A DNA stretch of 64,000 nt from a virus (Duplodnaviria > Caudoviricetes). Position numbers and translations under genes: made by a program. Below are positions 52,874-61,113 of the stretch, piece after piece. Under the pieces are notes generated by a model. That model searched no databases. It saw only the letters and a list, made by a program, of their open reading frames with translations, and was not told the origin of the DNA. Position 1 is the stretch's first letter. Every line of letters starts with the position of its first letter. The stretch lies in the IMG/VR virus record IMGVR_UViG_3300043754_000129, positions 96,001 to 160,000 of that record; one strand, 5' to 3'.

Positions 52874-53419
52874 CTACTGAACCACAGGGAGAGGAGCAGC
52901 CTGATTACGACGGCTGTTCTTCGCCGGTGCCTTGAGGTCCGGCATCGCCACAACCAGCTGAAGCAGGAGGATGATGACAATCCACTTGTTAGCCAGCAGC
53001 GTAGGCCGAACTGTTTCGGACGACGCCATGTCGTCCTGGACCTGAGGTGGAATCCCCGACTGATACGGCAGAGCCGTGTTCGAAGCGGGAGGTCCGTCGA
53101 CGCTTACGGCAAACGCCAACGTATCCACCAGGTGGAGAAACTTCTCGTTGGTAGTACCCCAACGAGAGTAGAAGTGATAAGTGAGCGACAAAACAAAGTC
53201 GCGCAGAATCTCATCACCAAAGACCATCTCGATCGCGCTCTTCACACCTTGCGGCGTCACGAGCATGTAAGGCTTCTTGTAGAAGGCTTCCACATAGACG
53301 AATCGTTGAATCCGATCCTGGGTCGCCTGCTCCAAGGCCTGTGCGTTTCGAAGGACGTGTTCGAGACTGTCCTTAAAGACTTGCCCGAGTTCAATCCAAT
53401 CACCAACTTCCAAAGCCAT
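52874..53419 (-). CDS. Hypothetical protein
   Basis: 181-aa ORF in a minus-strand operon. Confidence 0.7.
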   Translation of the reverse strand: MALEVGDWIELGQVFKDSLEHVLRNAQALEQATQDRIQRFVYVEAFYKKPYMLVTPQGVKSAIEMVFGDEILRDFVLSLTYHFYSRWGTTNEKFLHLVDTLAFAVSVDGPPASNTALPYQSGIPPQVQDDMASSETVRPTLLANKWIVIILLLQLVVAMPDLKAPAKNSRRNQAAPLPVVQ

Positions 53420-53439
53420 CGTTCGATCCGAATTGGTTG

Positions 53440-54126
53440 TTATTGTGTCAGCGTGTTGCTCAAGTGCATCGAGAGCAGGATGGTGTGCAAAGTCTGCGTG
53501 GAGCGCACCCCACCAGCCAAATGCTTGATCGCTTCTTGCGACGCACCACCAGTCTTCGCGAAGCTGTCGTTCATGGCGTTAAAGCCTTGCGTATCCCCGC
53601 CGCGATACTTCAGCAGCTCGTTCAACGTCTTGTCCAGATTCAGTGCAGCCAGAATCTGGGTTTCCGGATACGAAATCTTCGCCGCTTCCGATTTGCCCGA
53701 CGGCTGACCCGTCAGATCGTCCACGCTCTGATTGTCCTCCGGAATGGAGATCTTCTTCACCAGCACCTGAGCCTGACGGCGCAGCGGCAAATCCATCACC
53801 AGGTACTCCTTGGGCGTGAGATAAGCCGGCGAGTTATCGTCGGGCTTGATCCACAGACGCTCAAAGAAGTTGTGCCCCAACTCCTTAGCCAACGCCAGGT
53901 TGTTCTCGACCGTCAACTGCACCTTCGAGAAGTTCGGTGCGATGATCGACAGCGTCACCTCACCTCGGTCGAGCTCTTCCATAAACTGCTTGAAAGCCGC
54001 GTCATCCATGGAGGCAAAGAGATCCTGATAGAGCTTGGTGTTTTCACTACCAGGCATCAGTTTCTCGATGTACTCCAGGATGTAAGCTTCAGCTGCTTGG
54101 CGGTTGCCAGTTTTCTTCTCGGCCAT
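53440..54126 (-). CDS. Virion RNA polymerase beta C-terminal subunit (phiKZ gp149-like)
   Basis: LPLRRQAQ...DDLTGQ...ISYPETQIL...ELLKYRGGD matches the RpoB C-terminal pattern. Confidence 0.82.
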   Translation of the reverse strand: MAEKKTGNRQAAEAYILEYIEKLMPGSENTKLYQDLFASMDDAAFKQFMEELDRGEVTLSIIAPNFSKVQLTVENNLALAKELGHNFFERLWIKPDDNSPAYLTPKEYLVMDLPLRRQAQVLVKKISIPEDNQSVDDLTGQPSGKSEAAKISYPETQILAALNLDKTLNELLKYRGGDTQGFNAMNDSFAKTGGASQEAIKHLAGGVRSTQTLHTILLSMHLSNTLTQ

Positions 54127-54622
54127 TGTCATTGCCCCATTTCCGTTTATCGATGTTCAGATCACGGTTCACGAGGATAACCTTGGGAACGATGCCCTGC
54201 TTCTCAGCTTCGTCGATCATGTTCTTCGTACCGGGTGAACTGCAATCCCAGAAACAAAGCACATGTGACCCCGCTTCAGCCATCTTTGCATTACGCATGT
54301 GGCCGGCTCGAGCGTTGTACTTCACGCCCAAACGGTTGGTCTTAACGAAAGCACCCGGAGCAGAGATATCGTCCCAGTCGGCCTTGAACTCTGTCCAGGC
54401 ACGACCGTTCTCGCGACACCAACGAATGATCATATCATCCGGGCCTTTCTTGGCCTTACCGGAAATGAAGATGATCGACTCTTTCGGAAAGTACTCGATG
54501 ATGTACTGCTCGAGCTGATCCCGAAATTGGTCGTAATCGTTGTAGTCACGAGAACCGGCGACTACGAGCGCGATGTCGAAGTCGCCGATGGCGTCATGCG
54601 AGAGAGCTTGGTGCCCAATCAA
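54089..54622 (-). CDS. SLOG / YspA-like (DUF2493) protein
   Basis: VVAGSRDY, ISGKAKKGPD, ADWD, AGHMRNAKM and FWDCSSPGTKNMI; TTG start overlaps the upstream TGA. Confidence 0.8.
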   Translation of the reverse strand: MIGHQALSHDAIGDFDIALVVAGSRDYNDYDQFRDQLEQYIIEYFPKESIIFISGKAKKGPDDMIIRWCRENGRAWTEFKADWDDISAPGAFVKTNRLGVKYNARAGHMRNAKMAEAGSHVLCFWDCSSPGTKNMIDEAEKQGIVPKVILVNRDLNIDKRKWGNDNGREENWQPPSS

Positions 54623-54981
54623 CGACTGAGCGGGAGTTGATGCTTGATGATGCACGGCAGCGCTCCTTTCTCGAACGCTTCTTTCCAGTTGACAACCGGA
54701 CACTTGTCGATGAGCGAGTACCGCACATCCATCGACTCTTCCGCGTTGAGCATCTCCTTGCCGATCGTCTCAGCAATGGCGTTGCGCCACGCGCGGTTGA
54801 TCTCGAAGGCTTGATAGTCGGGATCGGGCAGACCCGCGATACCAGGCTTCAGCAGACGCAACCAAGCTTCCGGTGCCGAGTGGCCATTCGAAGCGAGCAG
54901 ACCCGTGACCCAATTCACCAAATCTTCCGGTTGTTCGGGCTGTTGATCTGCGTTGTTATTTACATCCAGAGTATGATCCAT
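54619..54981 (-). CDS. Hypothetical protein
   Basis: 120-aa ORF coupled to the downstream gene. Confidence 0.65.
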   Translation of the reverse strand: MDHTLDVNNNADQQPEQPEDLVNWVTGLLASNGHSAPEAWLRLLKPGIAGLPDPDYQAFEINRAWRNAIAETIGKEMLNAEESMDVRYSLIDKCPVVNWKEAFEKGALPCIIKHQLPLSR

Positions 54982-55024
54982 GGTAATAAGTTTTTACTGC
55001 AATCTTATTCAGAGCGTTGATTGA

Positions 55025-55384
55025 TCAGGCTTTTTGCAGCCAAGCGTCGTAGTTGCCAGGGGTGTTCAGCCATGCAATAGCGGCACCCGGCTCGGCCTCT
55101 TCGAAGCGTCCGTCTTCCATCTCCGCCTGGGAGCGCACACAGGTGCGACCATCAGGCATGAGGTAGGCGTAGGCCGGTTCCCGAGTCGCTTCAATCACGA
55201 ACTCATGGGGCGTACCCGTAATGAGGTAGATGCCGCCACTCTTGATGTGGCGGACCTCGGTACCCTCAAGAAACTTGAAGGTACGGCACTGAAGCGAGCA
55301 AGCCCGCTCCAGCTGTTTCTGGATGAAAGGATGAACGTTAGCAATCGCGTTCATCCGCTCCAAGAAGTCCTTGGGATCGCTCAC
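55025..55384 (-). CDS. DUF1653-like protein
   Basis: VRHIKSGGIY...YAY...CVRSQAEMEDGRF. Confidence 0.6.
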   Translation of the reverse strand: MSDPKDFLERMNAIANVHPFIQKQLERACSLQCRTFKFLEGTEVRHIKSGGIYLITGTPHEFVIEATREPAYAYLMPDGRTCVRSQAEMEDGRFEEAEPGAAIAWLNTPGNYDAWLQKA

Positions 55385-56952
55385 TCGGCCTCCAATTCCG
55401 TCATGGCGTAGGGGTTGGGTTCGGCAATCTTGCCGCCCTTTGCTTTCTTGATCACCGCCGCGGCTTGCACCTTGGCTTCTTCGACCAGCTCAGCCATCTC
55501 GTACGGATTGGACTGACGGTATTCGACCTTCACGGTCTTCTTATCGTCTTCCAGCCAGTACGGGTGGTACAGACCCTTGCGCATACGCAGCAAGTCCATC
55601 GTCGACAAGAATGGCAGTTCGTCCTTCTCGCCGAGCATGTGCGTCCACCAGCCGCGCGACTCGAGCAGCACGTCCCAGTCGTAGCCGAGCTCCTTCAGGT
55701 CGTCGTAGAGTTCCTTCGGCGTGCACAGCAGACCTTCTTGGAGCGTGTGCCACAGGTAGGACATCTGGCACATTTCCGACGTGATGTTCAACGCACGGCG
55801 CAGCTTCGGATCAGCGTCGATCTTCGAGCGTACCGTCGTACGGCCGAGCTTGACTTCCGGACGCAGCGACAGGCTGTAGGAGACGTTCGAGCCTTCCATG
55901 CCGTACTTGTCGTTGTCCTTGATGTGGTGGAATTCCGTGAGCGACGGAAGCACACCTTCTTGCTGCGACACGATGAGCGTGAGCGCCATGCCCGACGCAC
56001 CCGACTTCGAACGCAGATTGCGGATGAGCACCGTGTTCAGGTCCGTGTCGAGCAGCAGATCGTCTTCCGAGTTGCGCGGGTATTCCGGCGCCTTCGTCGA
56101 CTGGTTGATCAGCGGGCTTGCGTTGAATGCGTGCCAGCAGTTGTGGGTGACGAACGTGAACTTGTCGGTCGTACCCTTGATCTTGTCGCCGTTCTTCAGA
56201 TGCTTGAGCTTGGTGATCGGTACCGAGCCAGCCGGACCAGCGTTCTGCATCGTCGTTTCCTTGCCCAAGTGCGCGGTCATGAGCAGGTAGTCGTAGACCG
56301 AACCGTGGATGCGCGGCGCTTCCATCAGGATACGGGTCTTTTGCAGACCTTGACGCATGTGGATGGTGTTCGCACCCGACTCGCCCAGACTGTTCTTGTC
56401 TTGCATCTCGACCACGTCCGACGTTTCGAATTCCGAGAAGGAATCGATTTCGGTCATCGTCGGCACCATCATGGTCATCGCGGCCGAACGCTCGCGGTTC
56501 CAGAACGGCGTATCGACGATCACGTCCTTGCGCTTGCCCTTTTCCTCGAGCTCCTTCTTGTGCGCATCGTACCACTCGTCGCCGATGTACATCGTCTTGT
56601 CGGTAATCGACCAGCGTTGCGTTTGCAGCACGTCTTCGCCGTGGAAGGCTTCGGTGCGCGACACGATGTTGGCCAAGTGCCACTCGTGAATGTTCACTTC
56701 GGTATCGTACGTCTTGCCGGCCGAGTACTTCATGCGACTCATGGCCATCAAGGTCATGAAGTGCATCAGAGTCGACTTGAAGTTGTTACCGATACCCACG
56801 ATCCCGGTGAGCGGTGCAAGACCACCAACCAGAATCATTTCACCCCGCTTGCCTTCGACGTAATGCCCCGTCGGAATGTCCAGCAGCGCACCCAGGTTGA
56901 TCAGCAACTTGATGTGTGGCGCAGGAGTCATCTTAGTTCTCAAATCAATCAT
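55381..56952 (-). CDS. uvsX: UvsX/RecA-like recombinase (phiKZ gp152-like)
   Basis: GIVGIGNNFKST P-loop, IDSFSEF, RNLRSKSG. Confidence 0.82.
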   Translation of the reverse strand: MIDLRTKMTPAPHIKLLINLGALLDIPTGHYVEGKRGEMILVGGLAPLTGIVGIGNNFKSTLMHFMTLMAMSRMKYSAGKTYDTEVNIHEWHLANIVSRTEAFHGEDVLQTQRWSITDKTMYIGDEWYDAHKKELEEKGKRKDVIVDTPFWNRERSAAMTMMVPTMTEIDSFSEFETSDVVEMQDKNSLGESGANTIHMRQGLQKTRILMEAPRIHGSVYDYLLMTAHLGKETTMQNAGPAGSVPITKLKHLKNGDKIKGTTDKFTFVTHNCWHAFNASPLINQSTKAPEYPRNSEDDLLLDTDLNTVLIRNLRSKSGASGMALTLIVSQQEGVLPSLTEFHHIKDNDKYGMEGSNVSYSLSLRPEVKLGRTTVRSKIDADPKLRRALNITSEMCQMSYLWHTLQEGLLCTPKELYDDLKELGYDWDVLLESRGWWTHMLGEKDELPFLSTMDLLRMRKGLYHPYWLEDDKKTVKVEYRQSNPYEMAELVEEAKVQAAAVIKKAKGGKIAEPNPYAMTELEAE

Positions 56953-57071
56953 GACTTCGTTCCGTTCCTTCGAATTATCTTGATTAGTTATGCCCTACCA
57001 AAGGATGCTTGATGGGCGTACAATTTTATAGCAACCATTTCTTTCACGCCCCAGTGCTACAGGAAACGCTT

Positions 57072-57902
57072 ATGACTACGTTTGACATTACCGAATTGGA
57101 AGCCCAGCGCACCATTGCACTGGAGTCCATGATTCTGCCCAACGCGTTCGAACGCCTCACGAGCTTGCTGCCGATCGCTGTGAAGTCGTTCCAGAGCATG
57201 ATGGGCCTGATGTCCACCGATGCTCCCGCGGCTAACCCGCTCACGTCGGCTCAAGCCAAGTTCACGAAGACCGTGGCGAACCGTAACTACCTCAATCTGT
57301 CGCAGATGCCGGCCCGTGTCCCCGAAGGCATGAAGGGTACGTATCTGGCGTACCTGCACATCCTCTCGGAGGCTAGCACCCATGCCAGCCAGATTGTGGA
57401 CAAACTCTCGGCCTACACCCTCTTTTTGGGAACGCTCATTAACGAGCACGGCGCAGAGCTCAACACCAAGTTCAACCGCAGCATGTACAGCGGCATGGCC
57501 GCGGAGCGCGACGACCGCACCCGCATGCTCGGCACTGTCCACCAGCCCGGCTCGACCAAAGCCGACACCGTCTACAGCGCTGTGGTCGAACGCAACGCCG
57601 ACTGGCAAGCAATCTTCGAAGCCCTCAATCTGGTGACGAGCCAGATCAACGGCGTGAACAAGCGCACGATCAACAAGAAGGTCGAGGAAGCCTCGCACTA
57701 CTTGCAGATCATCGAGACGAAGGTCTCGCGTGGCGAGCTCGCCCACATCTCCCCGCAGATGGTTGCCGAGCTCGCCGACGGCGCCTTCCAGATGGGCAAG
57801 GAAGTCGAGTACTTCGTCGCCATCTGGTACAAGGTGCAAGCGATTACCGAAGCGATCAACGCCACGGTGACGACGCTCAACAGCGTCTACGAAGAACGTT
57901 AA
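57072..57902 (+). CDS. Probable internal head protein
   Basis: AGGA RBS; N-terminal IALES fits an A-x-E protease site. Confidence 0.6.
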   Translation: MTTFDITELEAQRTIALESMILPNAFERLTSLLPIAVKSFQSMMGLMSTDAPAANPLTSAQAKFTKTVANRNYLNLSQMPARVPEGMKGTYLAYLHILSEASTHASQIVDKLSAYTLFLGTLINEHGAELNTKFNRSMYSGMAAERDDRTRMLGTVHQPGSTKADTVYSAVVERNADWQAIFEALNLVTSQINGVNKRTINKKVEEASHYLQIIETKVSRGELAHISPQMVAELADGAFQMGKEVEYFVAIWYKVQAITEAINATVTTLNSVYEER

Positions 57903-57915
57903 AATCCCCGAGAGG

Positions 57916-57964
57916 GGCATAAGGGCCACTGAGCGCTTCGTGGGCGCTCAGTGGCTTGTATGAC
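57916..57964. terminator. CATA...TATG-footed hairpin between convergent genes
   Basis: GGCATAAGGGCCACTGAGCGC...GCGCTCAGTGGCTTGTATG. Confidence 0.7.
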
Positions 57965-57971
57965 GTCTTGT

Positions 57972-58397
57972 TTAGACGCCCACGTTTGCCAGTTCCGGCT
58001 GGTGCAAGTTGTGAAGAAGGTCCTCGACATCTTGCGACATCTTGGCTTCCTCATCATAGCGCAGCCACTCCGGCATAGCGGCGATAACCTTGCGTGCAAC
58101 CGCATGTGCGCGATCCCGAACGGCTTCGGTCTTGAGCGAGAGCTTGACCCCGGGTTCCAGAGGACGATTTCGCCAAATCGCGTGGGACAAGTGCACCGGG
58201 AACTTCAGCGCATTGTCGTCCGCGCTCAACGAAAGTACCTTGTTGAGCTTGTGCAGCAACTCGCGATTGATCTCCTTGGGATCTTTCAGTTGGGCGCTGA
58301 ATGAAGCCAAGAACATGAGCCGCTTGGTGCGCACGGGTAGGTACTTTGTCGCAAGACTCGCCATACTACCCGTAATCACGTCAGTGACAGGTTTCAT
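57972..58397 (-). CDS. Hypothetical protein
   Basis: GGAG RBS before MKPVTDV. Confidence 0.65.
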   Translation of the reverse strand: MKPVTDVITGSMASLATKYLPVRTKRLMFLASFSAQLKDPKEINRELLHKLNKVLSLSADDNALKFPVHLSHAIWRNRPLEPGVKLSLKTEAVRDRAHAVARKVIAAMPEWLRYDEEAKMSQDVEDLLHNLHQPELANVGV

Positions 58398-58473
58398 TAA
58401 AGAAAACTCCGTAGAGCCGCCGAATCCGAAGAATGGGCGGCTGCGGTGGACTGATTGCGCTACTTGCCGTGCG

Positions 58474-60006
58474 TTAGATGACACGCAGGTTCGAGTACTC
58501 GCTGATCCAGATACCGATGTCTTCCCCTGCCTCGACGACCGTGGCATAGCGAAACGCGCGCGGTGATTCGAGCCACGTGATCAGCGTCACCTTAGGTGAC
58601 TGCTTTTCAAGTCGCTTGAGGCTATTGCGATGAAGCATGTCCATACCGAGAACAAGAGTCACAGGAACTTGCGCCACGCCACCTTCCGTCTGGTAGTTGG
58701 CCTGTACTTCAAGTTTTGCAAACCCGACCCCGTACTGCTCGCGCAGCTCCGTGGTCAAGACGACGTCGCCCTTCTTACCGATGGGCTTCTCCTTCGTCTC
58801 ATAAAGTATCGGTGTAAGATCGGTGCGCACGAACTCCGGTTTGTTGTCTTCGAACGCATTCAAGCGCTCGATCAACGCAGAGATCGATTCCACTGCTCGC
58901 ATCGCCAGACGGGCCGGTTCGAAGTGACGCGTAAGCGGTTTGCGCACACCCTTGGCTGCCGGATCGAACTGCAACGAGTTCAGGTCCAGCTTGTAGGCGT
59001 TCGCCCGCGGCATCGCAATCGAGCCATAGGTGATGACGTCGTTGTGCGTCTCGCTGTTGTACAGCTGGTTCAGACGGATCATGATGATCGTGTCCAGTCC
59101 TTCTGCCAAGACGGTCGAGTAGTCGCGCACGATTTCGATCGCTTCTTCTTCCTTCTTCAGGCGCACCACCGCATAGCAACCATCGGCCATGCGCTTGCCC
59201 AGCATGTCGTCTTCCGTACCGTGGTTGCCCAGGTAGTATTCGCCACGCGTTTGGTAGCCCTTCATCGTGTTGAAGTAGCAGCTCGGCAGCGAGATAAACG
59301 GATGCTTCTCGTTGTCGTACTTCCAGTAGCCTTCGGAGACCTTGGTGTTGATCTCCGCACGCACCGTGCCTTGGCCCGACGTCAGACTGCCGATGCCCGC
59401 GAGCTTATCAGCGATCTCGTTACCCAGGTGAGCGTCGTGCCCCTTCACCCAGCTGAACTTGACCTCGATGCCCTTGTCGGTCAGAAAGCGCCGCGTCTTC
59501 AGGAAGTGCTGCCAGCTTTGCATGTTCTTCGGCTCCACCCCGGTCGAGGTGAGCCAGCCCGCTGCTTCCCATTTCTCCACCCGACCATCGGCGTTGTCGC
59601 ACACGTACTTGCTGTCGGTGCGGATGTGCAACGTCTTGATCGCGTAGTTACCTGCGTGCTCCATCGCGGCAATCGCGCCATGGAGTTCACCCAGGTTGTT
59701 CGTTCCGATTCCCGGCAACGCCCCGTATCCATCCACATAGTGAACAGGTGTGACTTCGCCCAGGCTACCCTTCTGACTCGGGTGAGTCTTCTCGATGTAA
59801 CCCTTGGCGGTGAGGTTCCAGTTTGAATTACCGGTTCCTTTCTTCGGCTTCACGTTTGCATACAGAAAGCCGTGCATGCCCCAGCCGGACGGACCCGGAT
59901 TCGTGGGTGCAGCGGAGCCGTCTGCGTAGATCATCATGCCGTGTTCAACTTCGGCTGCAACCTCAGCGACTGCTTCCTTCACGACTTCTTTGATTTGTTC
60001 TTCCAT
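58474..60006 (-). CDS. rnhA: Ribonuclease HI with a C-terminal extension (phiKZ gp155-like)
   Basis: YADGS, TNNLGEL, TDSKYV and WVKGH...GNEIADKLA motifs. Confidence 0.9.
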   Translation of the reverse strand: MEEQIKEVVKEAVAEVAAEVEHGMMIYADGSAAPTNPGPSGWGMHGFLYANVKPKKGTGNSNWNLTAKGYIEKTHPSQKGSLGEVTPVHYVDGYGALPGIGTNNLGELHGAIAAMEHAGNYAIKTLHIRTDSKYVCDNADGRVEKWEAAGWLTSTGVEPKNMQSWQHFLKTRRFLTDKGIEVKFSWVKGHDAHLGNEIADKLAGIGSLTSGQGTVRAEINTKVSEGYWKYDNEKHPFISLPSCYFNTMKGYQTRGEYYLGNHGTEDDMLGKRMADGCYAVVRLKKEEEAIEIVRDYSTVLAEGLDTIIMIRLNQLYNSETHNDVITYGSIAMPRANAYKLDLNSLQFDPAAKGVRKPLTRHFEPARLAMRAVESISALIERLNAFEDNKPEFVRTDLTPILYETKEKPIGKKGDVVLTTELREQYGVGFAKLEVQANYQTEGGVAQVPVTLVLGMDMLHRNSLKRLEKQSPKVTLITWLESPRAFRYATVVEAGEDIGIWISEYSNLRVI

Positions 60007-60042
60007 GTCCTGTCCTGGTTAGACTTGTACTAGAGGATGACT

Positions 60043-60546
60043 CTAGCCAGTCTTTTTTGCCGGCCGACGTTGCTCACGCTCGCAGTTGGTGATATAGTCC
60101 TTGTACGACTTGGCGAGCGTCGCCTGACTGGTCGCAATGTACTGGTGGAGTTCCTGAATATGGTTCCGGGTCAGCGCATCGATTTGAGCGGTGTCTGTGG
60201 GCTTCAGTTGACTGAGCTTGTCCAAGGGTGCTGCGGGCGGTGCCGGCAGCGTAGGCGGCCTGTAGACCGGGCAGAAGCCCTTTGGCACGCGTTCGATAAT
60301 CTTGGGCTCGTCTGCCGAGGCCGGAGGTTGCTTCACGAGCTTCGGATCCACGGGCGCCGGCACGATCTCAGTCGTTCCCGAGACCACGATCTTGGCCATG
60401 ACCGGTTCCCCGGACTTGGTGCGGTCCGTCACCAGTTCACTGGCGGTGGGCACCTGCACGTAGGTGATGTTGCGGTTCACACAAGACGAGGACACCACAG
60501 CCAACAGCACGAGCACAACGGCCCGGCGAAAGAAACGGTTCATCAT
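60043..60546 (-). CDS. Lipoprotein, candidate outer-membrane spanin
   Basis: Signal RRAVVLVLLAVVSSS-C lipobox; Pro-rich mature chain. Confidence 0.65.
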   Translation of the reverse strand: MMNRFFRRAVVLVLLAVVSSSCVNRNITYVQVPTASELVTDRTKSGEPVMAKIVVSGTTEIVPAPVDPKLVKQPPASADEPKIIERVPKGFCPVYRPPTLPAPPAAPLDKLSQLKPTDTAQIDALTRNHIQELHQYIATSQATLAKSYKDYITNCEREQRRPAKKTG

Positions 60547-60565
60547 GATAAGGTTCTCAAAAGGG

Positions 60566-60588
60566 AAAAGGGGAGCCGAAGCTCCCCC
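60566..60588 (-). terminator. UUCG hairpin with a short U-tract between the spanin-like genes
   Basis: Minus strand GGGGAGC-TTCG-GCTCCCC-TTTT. Confidence 0.6.
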
Positions 60589-60597
60589 TACGGGTCA

Positions 60598-61008
60598 TCA
60601 GTGCGAGTTCACGTTGGAGAACGTGTTCTTTAGGAGGTTGTAGTCAGTCGTGCTGACTTCCTCCACACCGCTTGTTTCCACCGTTGCACTGGCAGCCACA
60701 GGGGCCACGACAATGGGCGGCTTGCAGCTGCTGGTGACCAGCTGCGTCTTAAGGTTGTCATCGCTCGCCTTGAGCGCCTTGTAGTCCTTCTGCAACGCCA
60801 CATACGACATCAGGAGCCGGACCATCCGGGTGTCTGCGCCGATGTTGACGATATTGAAGAAGAAGCTTGCCATGATGGCAATGCCAAACAGCGCCCTACG
60901 CCGGTTGAACACCAGCGCGTGTTTGAGAGTGTGCCCTTCGAGCACCATCTCTTTCACGAAAGGCCAAGCGCTCCACAACAACTTGACTACGAACTCAATG
61001 GGATTCAC
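60598..61008 (-). CDS. Membrane protein with a coiled coil, candidate inner-membrane spanin
   Basis: GAGG RBS with GTG start; TM ALFGIAIMASFFFNIV; heptad region VALQKDYKALKASDDNLK. Confidence 0.6.
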   Translation of the reverse strand: MNPIEFVVKLLWSAWPFVKEMVLEGHTLKHALVFNRRRALFGIAIMASFFFNIVNIGADTRMVRLLMSYVALQKDYKALKASDDNLKTQLVTSSCKPPIVVAPVAASATVETSGVEEVSTTDYNLLKNTFSNVNSH

Positions 61009-61113
61009 AATGGTCCTCGTGGTTAATTTTATAGTTAGCGTTTTACCGACATAAAGGGTAACTGTCAAGCCCTTTGTGTAGGTTTATTTTCATGCCCCGT
61101 TAGTGAGGACACG

